Assembly: GCA_963806035.1 (NCBI GenBank)
Contig: CAWDWO010000014.1
Span: 1-64,000 of the forward strand
DNA from: Candidatus Krumholzibacteriota bacterium
GTDB taxonomy: Bacteria; Krumholzibacteriota; Krumholzibacteriia; JAJRXK01
Length of the DNA stretch: 64,000 nt
Direction of reading: 5' to 3'
In this document: piece after piece, positions 40,845 through 51,946 of the stretch
How the letters are laid out: each line of letters starts with the position of its first letter
Position numbering within the stretch: position 1 is the first letter of the stretch
Translations under genes and position numbers: made by a program
Notes under the pieces: model-generated
What the model was told of the DNA's origin: nothing
The model's database searches: none
The model's input: only the letters and a program-made list of their open reading frames with translations

Positions 40845-42095
40845 TCAGTCCTTCCGCGCCGGATAATCCACCGCTAGATAGGACAGCAGCCGCACCCCAA
40901 TGACCAGCGCGCTTTCATCGACCATGAAACGCGAGGAGTGATTGGGCGGGAAATCTTCTGGATTGGCTCCTGGAGTGCGCACGCCGAGATAGAGGAACAG
41001 ACCGGGAATGACTTTTTGATAGTGAGAGAAGTCCTCGGCCCAGGTCTGCGGCCGCGTATAGACCGCATTTTCCTTGCCGACGACCGCCTGAACCGTGGCC
41101 GTCATCTTTCGAGTCAGTTCGGGGTCGTTGAAGGTCACGGGGTTTTCGGTGACGATTTCGACATCGGCCTTCGCGCCGGCGCTCTCGGCGATGCTCTTGG
41201 CCGTGCGTTGCACTCTCTCCTGAATTGTCTTCTGCATCTCGCTGTCGAAGGTGCGAATGGTCCCGGTCATTTCGACTCGGTCGGGGATGATGTTGAAGCG
41301 CGTTCCTCCGTTGATTTCGCCGATCGTGAGCACTGCGGGCGCCACCGTGAGGTCGCTCTGCCGACTGACGATGGTCTGCAGCCCGAGCACGATCTGCGAG
41401 GCGACGACGATGGGATCGGTTCCCAGCCAGGGCTTGGCGCCATGGGACTGCTTGCCGCGCACCACGATCTTGATACGATCGGCGCTGGCCATGATACCTT
41501 CGCTGCGAAACGCCACTTGCCCCACGTCGAAACTCGGGATCGCGTGCAGCCCGAAGATCGCTTCGGGCCGCGGGTCCTCCAATACGCCCTCTTTGATCAT
41601 CAAGCCGGCCCCGCCCTCTTCCCCCTCGGGCGCGCCTTCTTCTGCCGGCTGAAAGATGAACTTCACGGTGCCGGGAATCTCCTCGCGCAGAGCGGCCAGC
41701 ACCTCGGCCACCCCCATGAGGATCGCCACGTGGGTGTCGTGGCCGCAGGCGTGCATCACCCCCACCTCGTGCCCCTTGGACTGGGCGCGCTCGCTGGATG
41801 CAAAGCGGAGACCTGTTTCCTCGCTGACGGGTAGGGCGTCCATATCGGCGCGCAGCGCCACCACCGGACCCGGACGGCCGCCCTCGAGCAGTCCGACGAC
41901 GCCGGTGTGCGCCACTTTCGTGCGCACGCTCAGGCCGAGCCCTTCGAGATGCTTTGCGACCATCGCCGCCGTCTTGAACTCGCGGTTCGACAGTTCGGGG
42001 TGCTGGTGGATCTGGCGGCGCCAGGCGATGACTTTCTTTTCGGTGGCCTTGGCGCGTTGATCGATTCGTTCCTCGAGCTTTCGGTCGGCCATCAT
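40845..42095 (-). CDS. M20D amidohydrolase
   Basis: HQHPELSNRE, ALRADMDALP, MHACGHD, FQPAEEG, AEDFS, NHS. Confidence 0.95.
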   Translation of the reverse strand: MMADRKLEERIDQRAKATEKKVIAWRRQIHQHPELSNREFKTAAMVAKHLEGLGLSVRTKVAHTGVVGLLEGGRPGPVVALRADMDALPVSEETGLRFASSERAQSKGHEVGVMHACGHDTHVAILMGVAEVLAALREEIPGTVKFIFQPAEEGAPEGEEGGAGLMIKEGVLEDPRPEAIFGLHAIPSFDVGQVAFRSEGIMASADRIKIVVRGKQSHGAKPWLGTDPIVVASQIVLGLQTIVSRQSDLTVAPAVLTIGEINGGTRFNIIPDRVEMTGTIRTFDSEMQKTIQERVQRTAKSIAESAGAKADVEIVTENPVTFNDPELTRKMTATVQAVVGKENAVYTRPQTWAEDFSHYQKVIPGLFLYLGVRTPGANPEDFPPNHSSRFMVDESALVIGVRLLSYLAVDYPARKD

Positions 42096-42207
42096 GTGCC
42101 TTTCGTCCGCGAAGGGGATGCAGCTGCCAGTATAGCGATGGAGGGACCTCGATCGCTAGACAAGCTGAACTGCCATCCCCCTCGGGGACTTGGACACACG
42201 AAAACTC

Positions 42208-45200
42208 CTACTTCACCAGCGTGATCTTCCTACGCTCCTCGGCCCCGTTGGCGGAGAATCGAACCAGGTAGACACCGCTGGCCACGTGGAGTCCGCTCTC
42301 GTCGAGTCCGTTCCACATAAGCTGGTGCCGGCCGGCCGGATAATCGACGGAGGCCAGACTGCGCACGAGGCGTCCGTGCAGATCATAGATTCCCAACGAC
42401 ACATGGGCGGACTTCTCCAGATCGAAGGTGATCTGAGTCTGCGGATTGAAGGGGTTCGGAACGATGCTGACGAGTTGTGTGCGGCTTCTCGCCGTGCTCG
42501 GAGGAGCATCGGTGATCGAGTCGAACACCAGCTGATAATCAGCTACATCGGCCAGCGATGTGGCGTCCCTCTTGTACACGGCAATGCAGTAGTTTCCCGG
42601 CGTGGGAATCGCGCACACCACATTCTCGTCGGCGCCCGGCGGGGCGATGTACGCGGTGCCGTCAGGGATCGCGTCGATGCGTCCCTGCGCCCCCGCGCTC
42701 TCCCCGGATTTGTAGATCGAGACTCCGAGATCAGCGGTTGCGCTGAGATTCTTCAATCGCAACCACAGGGCTGGCGTATTCAAGTCGACCTCGTGAAGAT
42801 TGAGCATCTCGTTCGCGCCGAGCTGGAAGGTCCCGTAGGTCCCACTGGGATCGTTCGCGAGATAGGTAGACTTCACCACCTCGATCACGTTGTCCTCGCT
42901 GCCACCGGCGCTACTGAGTCCGACGTCGAACTGCGAGCCGTTCTGCAGTGGCAATTCCAGAAGACAGAACTCGGGCTCGCCCAGACTGAATCCCGAGAAC
43001 GCGATGGGCAGGCCAAACGAAGCGTTGACGTCGTACACCGCGGTGTGCAGGCGCAGGGTCACGTCGCTGCTCGCTCCGGGCATCACTGCCACTGCGCCCC
43101 ACTTGTCCGCCGGACCGAAGGCCGGAGTGCGGTAGCCATCGGCGTTGGGCCAGATCACCGTTGGATCGGACCAGTCGAGGTACGGCCAGCCCCCGTAGGG
43201 GTCGCCGGGCATGGGGATTCCCGTGTTCACCCCGAAACTCAGAGTCTGTGGCGTCCACGCCCACTGGCGGGAGGTGTTGTTGTTGAGTTCGGAGATTTCC
43301 TCGATGTCATCGAGTACATCGATGTACATGGAGATGGTGTGTCGTCCGCCCCGAAGCTCGTAGGGGCCGAGATTCTCCGCGGCGGCGGGATCGCCGGCAG
43401 GCAGCTCGAATGCCATCAGTCCAGTGAGGAAGCTACCGTCGAGTTCCATGTCGACCTCGAAACTGGGCGTGGCCAGTGTCGGCCCTGCGTTTTCGAGCGC
43501 GAGATTCAGGTAAGTGGTGTTCGTCCAACCCGTCAATGAAACCGGGTCGGGGGCACTTCCCGCCGTCGCATCGGCGGCATTGCGCGCGACGATCGAGCCG
43601 CCCCAGCCCGTGGGTTGCAATGGCACGAGGTCGGGTGGTGTGGTGTCGATCTCGATGAGATAGTCCTCGCTTTCGATCGCGCCATCTCTGGGGTCCCGAT
43701 AGACGACCAGACAGTGATAGCCGGCGGTCGGTACGTTCACGTCCAGACGGGACACGCCGGTTTCGTCACTTCCCGCAGCCTCGGTGTAGTCGTCCAAGCC
43801 TCCCGTGGTGAAGCTCTGATCCAGCCACGCAATGTGAAAGGGCGCGTCGGTCGAGGTGAGGCAGCGCACCACGAAACTCACCGGGCCGACATTGCCTGAA
43901 TCGATCTGCACTTCGTGCAGCGACATGTACTCGTACTGCGTCATGGTGAACGTCCGCTGCACCCCAAAAGTCTCCAGAGTACTGGAGACGTGCCGGGCCT
44001 CGTAACTGGCCAGAGAAGTCTCGTCGCTGGCCTGTACCACACCCACGTCCCAGCTCGAGTTCCCCACCTGATTGCGGTTGGCGATCACGGCGTCGACGCA
44101 GTCCACCGGACGGCCGCTGTAGCCCACGCTGGAGGCAAATCCGCTTTCAGCGCCGCTTGCGGCCACGTGCAGGCGCGCGTCGTAGTCGACGTCGCGGACA
44201 TTGGCCACGACGGTCACCGCATTCCACCAGCCCGGCCCGTCGGCGTGGAAGTTCAATCCATCGCAGTTGAACCAGGTGTTGCTGACCGATCCGTCCCAGC
44301 CTCCCGTCCGCGCCGGTGGTGCAGCCCGTGAAGTCGACCCTCCCTCGGGTAGCACGTAGGGCGACCAGATCCACTGCCGGCCCCAGTAGTTGTCAGTTTC
44401 GTCGGACTCGGCGGCCAGACCGGTGAAGTCGTTATAAGCGCCGAAGGTGTGGCGGCCCCCACGCACGGTCAAAGGTCCCAGATTCAGCGCCTCGTACTTG
44501 GCGCCTCCCGCAAGATTCGGAATCGCGGCGGCATGCTCGACCGGATCGAAGGGGTTGTAGAAGCCGATGCCGTCGGCCTGCACCCACAGACCCGTGCTGG
44601 TACCGACTGCCGCGCCGCCGACGTTACCCACGGACGCGTTCCAATAGGTGCCCTGGGTATTTCCCGGGAGCACCGCCGTGGGAACGGGGACGTTGCCCGG
44701 CGCAGCCGTGGCGTCGGCTCGCGGGGTAACCCAGGCGCCCCAACCCGACTGGTAGACGTGCGTGAGGTTGGCCGGCGTGGGCTCCCCGATGATGATGGGA
44801 CCCACGCTGTCGTAGCCGCTATCCCAGTTGTTCGAGGCGTCCGCCGATCGAATGGAGATGTAGTAGGTTCCCGCCGAGAGCTCTGGCGTGGTCCACATCG
44901 TCACCCCCCGCACTTCGGCGTCCGTGTCGGGCAGGGTCGGCCCCGGCCCTATTACCAGGGAGTACTTCCAGGCGGTCTCGCAGTCGTCGGGCGGTGCCGT
45001 CCAGTCCAGATCGACCGTGGCATCGGTCGAGGCCACGCCGATCGTATGGCTGGTCGAGTGCAGGTCGGACACCGTGGCCGGCGGTGCCCCATCGATCCCA
45101 TAGCCGTTCTGCTGCGCGGTGAGGGTGATCTCGGTACACAGCTCGGGATAGGCCGCGCGAATTTCGTCGAAGAAATCATAGGGATCGTTCATCGCCGTGT

Positions 45201-46320
45201 TGTCGAAGATGTCCAAGATGGGCCCCGGTCCCATCGACAGAGCGTCCCAGAATTCGGGCGTGAGTACGCTGTGCTCGTTGTGGCTGTCGGAGATGTCCGT
45301 CAACAGGGCCGCGAACAAGCCGGGCGTTTCCCATTGGGTTTGGGTGGTTTCCGTGCAGTCCTGCGTGTATTCGTAGCTTGTATAGGTCAAAGGGCGATCG
45401 CCGTAGCGTGTTTCGAACTCGCCCACGATCTGCGATGCGGCCCACATGGTGAAGCCGCGATGCCACGCGAGAGTTTGACTCTCCGGGCACCAGTCGCAGT
45501 AGCCACAACCTCTGATAGAAGAAGAAGCTACATAGGTATCTGCAAAATTTTCATCATCGCACACGCCATTGCAGCCATCTGAGTATCCGAATCGGTACCC
45601 GCCGTTGTTGACCTGCCAGAGATCAGCGAAGAGCTGAGCGATTTCCATGTCATTCCATCGATCCGCGTAGGACAGCTCGATCTCGCCATCGGGAATCGTC
45701 GGCCCGGTGTCGAAAACGAGAAATTCGGAATGGTGATCGTATTCAGGGTCAAGGAGATAGGGAATGTTGAGTGGGTTCCAGAAGCTGTCCACTCCAGAAT
45801 GATTGATGATGGGATGACCATGCTCCTCGAACCATCGTGCAGCTCTCATCCAGATGTTGAGCCGATGCGCATAGGGGGCCCAGTAATCGTCCGTCAAATT
45901 GATGACGCCAAAGTCAATCGTGCCCCCGAGGAAGTCGGGCACCACCGCCGTTTGAACAACCCTGTCATTAATGCCGCCATACGAGCTGTGAATTTCGATG
46001 CGAACATCGGGGGAAGGATCACAGAGAAAAGTGTCCGGCTCGTAGGTGCCGGTGAAATCAAAGTATCCGAACTGATCAGTAAATGCGGATGCGAAAGGCC
46101 CGTCCGCACAGAGATCGGGGCCATTGGCCACTTCCCAGAGCATGACCTCTATGTGTTCCGCCCCCACCAGCTCTCCGCGCGGGTTCTGGTACACGACGCG
46201 CCCGGTGGCGCGGATCTCGATGGGCGTTTTGAGAGCGGCAGAGTCTGCATCGTCTGCCGCACGGGCGCCGAGCGGTATGAGGAACAGTAGGGCCAGAAGC
46301 AGGAGTGTCAGGCTTCGCAT
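42208..46320 (-). CDS. Large secreted protein: degenerate metallopeptidase-like N-region, CARDB-like repeats, FlgD-Ig CTD
   Basis: Signal peptide; ESDETDNYWGRQWIWSP and EISELNNNTSRQWAWTP internal repeat; VPNPFNP. Confidence 0.85.
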   Translation of the reverse strand: MRSLTLLLLALLFLIPLGARAADDADSAALKTPIEIRATGRVVYQNPRGELVGAEHIEVMLWEVANGPDLCADGPFASAFTDQFGYFDFTGTYEPDTFLCDPSPDVRIEIHSSYGGINDRVVQTAVVPDFLGGTIDFGVINLTDDYWAPYAHRLNIWMRAARWFEEHGHPIINHSGVDSFWNPLNIPYLLDPEYDHHSEFLVFDTGPTIPDGEIELSYADRWNDMEIAQLFADLWQVNNGGYRFGYSDGCNGVCDDENFADTYVASSSIRGCGYCDWCPESQTLAWHRGFTMWAASQIVGEFETRYGDRPLTYTSYEYTQDCTETTQTQWETPGLFAALLTDISDSHNEHSVLTPEFWDALSMGPGPILDIFDNTAMNDPYDFFDEIRAAYPELCTEITLTAQQNGYGIDGAPPATVSDLHSTSHTIGVASTDATVDLDWTAPPDDCETAWKYSLVIGPGPTLPDTDAEVRGVTMWTTPELSAGTYYISIRSADASNNWDSGYDSVGPIIIGEPTPANLTHVYQSGWGAWVTPRADATAAPGNVPVPTAVLPGNTQGTYWNASVGNVGGAAVGTSTGLWVQADGIGFYNPFDPVEHAAAIPNLAGGAKYEALNLGPLTVRGGRHTFGAYNDFTGLAAESDETDNYWGRQWIWSPYVLPEGGSTSRAAPPARTGGWDGSVSNTWFNCDGLNFHADGPGWWNAVTVVANVRDVDYDARLHVAASGAESGFASSVGYSGRPVDCVDAVIANRNQVGNSSWDVGVVQASDETSLASYEARHVSSTLETFGVQRTFTMTQYEYMSLHEVQIDSGNVGPVSFVVRCLTSTDAPFHIAWLDQSFTTGGLDDYTEAAGSDETGVSRLDVNVPTAGYHCLVVYRDPRDGAIESEDYLIEIDTTPPDLVPLQPTGWGGSIVARNAADATAGSAPDPVSLTGWTNTTYLNLALENAGPTLATPSFEVDMELDGSFLTGLMAFELPAGDPAAAENLGPYELRGGRHTISMYIDVLDDIEEISELNNNTSRQWAWTPQTLSFGVNTGIPMPGDPYGGWPYLDWSDPTVIWPNADGYRTPAFGPADKWGAVAVMPGASSDVTLRLHTAVYDVNASFGLPIAFSGFSLGEPEFCLLELPLQNGSQFDVGLSSAGGSEDNVIEVVKSTYLANDPSGTYGTFQLGANEMLNLHEVDLNTPALWLRLKNLSATADLGVSIYKSGESAGAQGRIDAIPDGTAYIAPPGADENVVCAIPTPGNYCIAVYKRDATSLADVADYQLVFDSITDAPPSTARSRTQLVSIVPNPFNPQTQITFDLEKSAHVSLGIYDLHGRLVRSLASVDYPAGRHQLMWNGLDESGLHVASGVYLVRFSANGAEERRKITLVK

Positions 46321-46782
46321 CACTGGCCCCCGTTGCCGTCGCTGGACTGCGTGCGCTGGACCGGCCCCAACACGCCTTCACGGGCATCGATCTGCTTGAG
46401 GATGCCCTCGAGCTTGGCGACCTTGTCAGTCTGGTCCCTCCGTGCGCGCGAACTCGAGTTGCGCCTTCAGCAAGGCGATCTCGGTACCCTGCTTCAGCAC
46501 ATGCATCTCGCGCTGAATCTGCAGGGCCTCGGCGTCGCTACTGGCCGCGTCATAACGCTCTTGCAGCTCCTTGAGCTTGCTCGCGCGCTCATCGAGAATC
46601 TTGCGAATCACCCGCTGCCGTGGCGTCAGCTTTTCGAGGGGCATCTCGGTGAAGCTGGGCCGTTCGATCTTCTTTGCCCGCGCGGCGGTGGGCTCCAGTT
46701 GGGCCCGTTCTTCTGCCGAAACCAGCGCGGCGAGGGCAAGGCATACGACCAGAATGGCAAGGATGAGGGACTTGGACGCCAT
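46320..46782 (-). CDS. Small secreted coiled-coil protein, translationally coupled to the downstream gene; +1 frameshift near 46433
   Basis: Removing one base at 46433-46434 extends the frame through QTDKVAKLEGILKQID to a TGA at 46322-46320 that overlaps the next ATG. Confidence 0.75.
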
Positions 46783-47030
46783 GGGGCTTCTCCTGAGTTG
46801 GGGGGATCGTCAGGAGGGTCGATGGCGGCGGGAAAGTGTGACCCGATCGTGGTGTGGGTCCCAGCTTTCGCTATGGTGTGTGCCAGGAGAATTCTTCAGC
46901 GAGTAGTTTTAGGATCTGAAGATCCGGAGATGATATACTGCCACTCGGAGTTCCTAAAGAGCGACAGGAAACACCTTCTGTGATTTTCGAAGTGCGACGA
47001 CAGAGAGTTCTCTATCAGAGAGCTATATAT

Positions 47031-48764
47031 ATGGTTCGGTGGCTTGGGATCGTCAGTGCGACGGTGGGCCTCATCTCCTTGCTGTCCGCCGGATCCAGCC
47101 GTGCCGCGGTGAAGGTCGAACTCGAGGGACTCACCGGCGAACTGCGCGATAATGCGCGCGCCACCCTGTCCATCCTGCAGGCCAAGAGAGATGCCCCGGA
47201 AGCGCGCATTCGCTTCCTGCACTCCCGCGCGGAGGACGAAATTCGCGAGGCGCTCCAGCCCTTCGGCTACTACCAACCCGTCATCAGCTCTTCGCTCAAA
47301 GCCGACGGCGACAACTGGAAGGCGCGCTACGTGGTCGATCGGGGACCGCAGGTCCACGTCGCCAGCGTGGACGTGCGGGTCTTGGGGGCCGGCGCCGCGG
47401 ATTCCAGTTTCGTGGCGCTGGCGAAGGCCTTTCCGCTCGCCAAGGGTGACCCACTCCATGACGCCGACTACGAGCGCGGGAAGTCGCAGCTTCTGAACTA
47501 CGCTTCCAACCACGGCTACTTCGACGCGGCCTTTGACAGCGCCGCCGTCCTCGTCACCCTCGCCACGCAGCAGGCCGCGATCGTCGTGCATCTTGATTCC
47601 GGTCCGCGCTATCTCTTTGGGCCGGTGACCGTGCACCAGGACGTTCTCTCAGATCGCATGGTCGAGGGTTACGTCACGATGAAGCCGGGCGACCCTTACG
47701 AGGTGGCGCCTCTGCGCAACATGCAAAATGGCCTGAGTACCGGCCCCTACTTCTCGACGGTGGAGATCCGTCCTGAGGTCGATGAGGCCGACTCGCTGCG
47801 CGTGCCCGTCGATGTGCTTTTGACCCCATCCAGGACTCAGAGTTGGGAGTTCGGCCTGGGCTACGGCACCGACACCGGCGTGCGTGGTACGGCGGCCGCG
47901 CGGTGGCGGCGTCTCAACCGCCGCGGTCATCACGCCGAAGCACGGGTGCAGGCATCGCAAATCGAATACTCCGCCTCGGGTCAGTACTTCATTCCCTGGC
48001 CCTACCCCAGTACCCGCCTGCTCTCCTTCTTCGGGGGCGTCGGTTACTTGTCCCCGGACTGGAGTAAGAGCTGGCGCGTCGCGTTGGGTTCGAGTTTCGC
48101 GCACTCGCGCTGGGGCTGGCGTGAGGTCCTCTCGCTCGCCTACGAGCACGAGGACTTCACGATTGCCCAGCAGGACGGGATTTCGAACCTGGTGCTTCCG
48201 GAAGTGAGCTGGACTCGCATCCGCGCCGACGCTCCGGTGGTTCCAAGCAACGGAAGCCGATTACGGCTGGACCTCAAGGGTGCGCACGAATCCCTACTCT
48301 CCTCGGCTTCGTTTGTGCAGCTGCGGGCTGAGGGCAAGCTGATCCACACCCTCGTGCCGCGCGTGCGGCTGATCGCGCGTGGCACCGCGGCGCGCACCTT
48401 CACCAGCAGCTTCAGCAAGCTTCCGCCCACTCTGCGCTTCGTGACCGGCGGCGGACACACGGTACGCGGCTACCGCTATCAATCTCTGGGACCCTCCAAC
48501 GCCGACGGTGAGATCGTCGGTGGCAACTCCCTTGTCATCGCCAGCAGCGAGTTGGAACTCCGTTTTCTCAAAAACTGGGGCGTGGCGAGCTTCGTCGATG
48601 CGGGGAACGCTTTCGATGATTTCACGGGCCATCTCTCCGTGGGCAGCGGCATCGGCCTGCGCTGGTTCTCACCCATCGGCATCGTGCGTCTGGACGGCGC
48701 GTTCGGGTTGAGCGAGCCCGGCCATCCCTTTCGCGTGCACATCTCGATCGGACCTGACCTATGA
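47031..48764 (+). CDS. tamA: Translocation and assembly module TamA (Omp85 family)
   Basis: ALQPFGYY, POTRA domains, GLGYGTDTG, RFVTGGGHTVRGY, GIGLRWFSPIG, HISIGPDL. Confidence 0.93.
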   Translation: MVRWLGIVSATVGLISLLSAGSSRAAVKVELEGLTGELRDNARATLSILQAKRDAPEARIRFLHSRAEDEIREALQPFGYYQPVISSSLKADGDNWKARYVVDRGPQVHVASVDVRVLGAGAADSSFVALAKAFPLAKGDPLHDADYERGKSQLLNYASNHGYFDAAFDSAAVLVTLATQQAAIVVHLDSGPRYLFGPVTVHQDVLSDRMVEGYVTMKPGDPYEVAPLRNMQNGLSTGPYFSTVEIRPEVDEADSLRVPVDVLLTPSRTQSWEFGLGYGTDTGVRGTAAARWRRLNRRGHHAEARVQASQIEYSASGQYFIPWPYPSTRLLSFFGGVGYLSPDWSKSWRVALGSSFAHSRWGWREVLSLAYEHEDFTIAQQDGISNLVLPEVSWTRIRADAPVVPSNGSRLRLDLKGAHESLLSSASFVQLRAEGKLIHTLVPRVRLIARGTAARTFTSSFSKLPPTLRFVTGGGHTVRGYRYQSLGPSNADGEIVGGNSLVIASSELELRFLKNWGVASFVDAGNAFDDFTGHLSVGSGIGLRWFSPIGIVRLDGAFGLSEPGHPFRVHISIGPDL

Positions 48765-51700
48765 GATGGCACTGGCGCACACCCCGCTTTTGGCTGAAGT
48801 CTGCACTGATCTTCATCGGCGTGATCTTCCTCTTCGTGGTCTTCCTCTTCGCGACAACCCCCGGCGCACGCTTGGTCATCTCACTGGCCTTGAAGCGCGT
48901 ACCCGGAGAGATCTCCATCGCCAAGATCGAAGGGAGACTCGCGGGACGGCTCAGCCTGCACGAGCTTCAGCTAGTCACCCCCTCGGCCACGATCGAAGTG
49001 GGTCTTTTGCAAGTGAACTGGCTGCCGAATCAGCTCCTCGCAAAACGTCTGCACATCCAGCGACTTTGGGTCGAAGACGTCTCCGTCCACATGCAGCCCG
49101 CCCCTTCGGACACGACTTCATCGAAGTCACCCTCACCGCTCTCGCCCTTCGCCCCCCCAAAGCTCCCATTTACGATCATCGTCGATACGGCGCACATCGC
49201 GCAGGTGCACATGTTGCTGGAAGATGGGCTCGAGGTCTCAAATCTGCGCCTGACCATTCATGGCCGTCCGGAGGACTACCGGTTGCAGCTCGCGAGTCAT
49301 CTGGCGGCGAAATATGCTCCAGCGGCCGACCTGACCCTGCAGGCCCACGGGGACCTCTCGGAACTCGCGATCGATCCGCTCGAGCTGCGAACCGGGAAAG
49401 GCATGATCACCGCGCGTGCCCACGCCGCATGGTACCCCCAGATCAACTGGCAGGCTCAAATTCGCGCCGATAGCCTCGCCGTGGGCCAGTTCACGACGAA
49501 ACCCGAGCAGTGGCCCGGAATTTTGAATGCCGCCTTGAGCACCGAGGGCCATCTCGACAAAACGGGCACGCCCGTGGGTTGGGCCACGCTGGACAGCTTG
49601 GGCGGCACGATGCGCGATGAGGCAGTGAGTGGGCACGGGCGCATCGAATACAGCGGACTTGCGAACTCCAATCTCACCCTGAACTTGCGCTGGGCGAACT
49701 TCCTGACGGACCTCACGGCCACACTCAGCGACAGCATCAACGCCAAACTTCGTGTGACTTGTCCGGATTTGGCATCGCTGCCGATCCGCGGCACGGGCAG
49801 CATCGAGCTGAATGCGAATGTCCAAGGTCCTTTGCGCACGCCGCAGGGGACGGCCACCCTCCGTGCCGATTCCTTGCTCCTGTCCGCTCAAAAGCTCGCG
49901 GCATCCCGGGTGGCAGCAAAACTCGCATTCGATCTGGCGGACGAGGGCAAGGGGAGCGTCGAGAGCGAGATCCTGGGCCTTGATGCGGGTGGGGCGGCGG
50001 TCGACACGCTCCGCTTGAGGGCTCAGGGTACGCGCGCCCATCAACGGGCGCATCTCGACTTTAGCCGTCCGAATTTGCGCGGTGTCGTTGCCATGGCGGG
50101 GAGTCTCGCCCCTGACTCGCTCAGCTGGTCAGGAAGTGTCGACACCCTGCAACTTGCCAACCCCCAGCTCGGCGTCTGGCATCTCGAGCGGCCAGTGCGG
50201 GTCATGGCCGGCAGGACGGCCGCCTCCCTGGACAGTCTGCGACTGGTCCAGGGCGATGCTGTCCTGGCGCTCGGTGGCAATTGGCAGGCGAGTGGCTGGT
50301 CGGCGTCGGGCACGCTCGACAGTGTTCCGCTGGAGCTGGTCAACGCGTGGCTGCCCGCGGAGCGATCCCTGCATGGTTTCATCGAGGCTAGCTTCCGCGC
50401 GAAGGGGACGGCGGCAGGCGAGGTCGACGGGAAACTGTCCGCGGAATTGAGCGAGACGCGGCTGCGCTTCGTGGCGGCGGACACGGCGGACAGTCTCACA
50501 TTCGAGAACGCCCGCTTGCAGGCGGCCATGGGCGATTCGGGTCTGACGGCCACGCTTGGCCTGAGCGTCCACGGCGCCACGACGGACGCGCGCGTCGCGG
50601 TGAACCGGTGATCTCTCCTTGCCGCAGTACAGCAATCTAAAAATGGATGCGCGCGCGCAGGAATTGACCGCCTCCCTGCGCGCCGACCTGCCCGATCTCG
50701 GCGTGTTCGAGGGCCTCGACCCGAAAGCCACCGGACTCGGTGGAAAGCTCACGCTCACTGCGAATGCCAGCGGCACCGTGGGGAAACCGAAGCTGCAAGG
50801 GGAGCTGCGCGCCACCGGTCTCACGATGACTGCGCCCGACTTCGGGATCACCGTTCGCGAGGGTGAGCTGATCGCCACAGGTAATCCGGAGCAGGGCTTC
50901 ACGCTCAAAGGTGGTGCGCATTCGGGTGAGGGCGAGATTCACATCGAGGGACAGCTGCCGGCCAGCCCGAGCTCCAGCACCCCGGTAGAGCTGAGCGTCG
51001 TGGGGGATCGTTTTCAGCTCATGAGCACGCCCGAGATCGAGGCCCTCGTCTCTCCCGACCTGAAGCTGCGTTACGACAGCCAGCGGCTCGATGTGAAAGG
51101 AAAAGTCGCCCTGCCAAAGCTCCACGTCGAGTTGGTGGAGGTGCCCGAGACCGCGGTACGTCCCTCGCGCGACGTCATCATCGTGGGGGAAAAGGAGCAG
51201 CCGAAGGCTCCTCCGGTCGACACCTGGGTCGAGCTGCAGGTGGTACTGGGCGACGACGTCAGCTTCAAGGGCTACGGCGCTACGGCCACTCTCGAAGGTT
51301 CCGTACAGCTGAAAGAGCATGCGCCCAAGCCGCCCGAGGTCCACGGGGATATCCGCATCCGCAAGGGTAACTACCGTGCTTACGGTCAGAACCTCACTCT
51401 CGACGAGGGTACGATCTCCTTCGTGGGACCGGCCCAAAATCCCAATCTCCGTATGCGGGCCTACCGCACGGCGCCCGACGGCGTGATCTCTGGGGTGATG
51501 ATCAGCGGCACGGCCGAGCAACCCGAGGTGCGGGTCTACTCGCAGCCGTCGATGCCCGACGTCGATGCAATCTCCTACCTCGTCACCGGTCACGCGCCCC
51601 AATCCGGCAGTGGTGGCAGACAGGTGGCCGGGGCCGCGGCTCTTTTGGGTAGCAACGTGCTCTCCAGCGCGGTGGGTTCGAAGATCGGCCTCGACGAGGC

Positions 51701-51923
51701 GCAGATCGAGACCGGCGGCTCTCTGAACGAGGCCGCGCTGGTGGCGGGGAAGTACATCACGCCGGACCTGTTTCTTTCCTACGCGATGGGGCTTTTCGAT
51801 CGCACCAACTTGGTTCGTCTGCGTTACATTCTTTCACCGAACTGGGCGGTGCAGACCGAAACCGGCACCACCCAGGGCGCCGACGTCTTCTACAAGTTCG
51901 AACGTGGTGGACCGAGAAAGTAG
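48761..51923 (+). CDS. tamB: TamB; +1 frameshift at 50605-50606
   Basis: N-terminal TM then ATTPGARL; AAC-C-GGT GAT CTC joins the two ORFs; C-terminal YRAYGQNL, GKYITPDLFLSY, GADVFY. Confidence 0.88.
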
Positions 51924-51946
51924 GACGGTTGACACTGGTGGTCACG

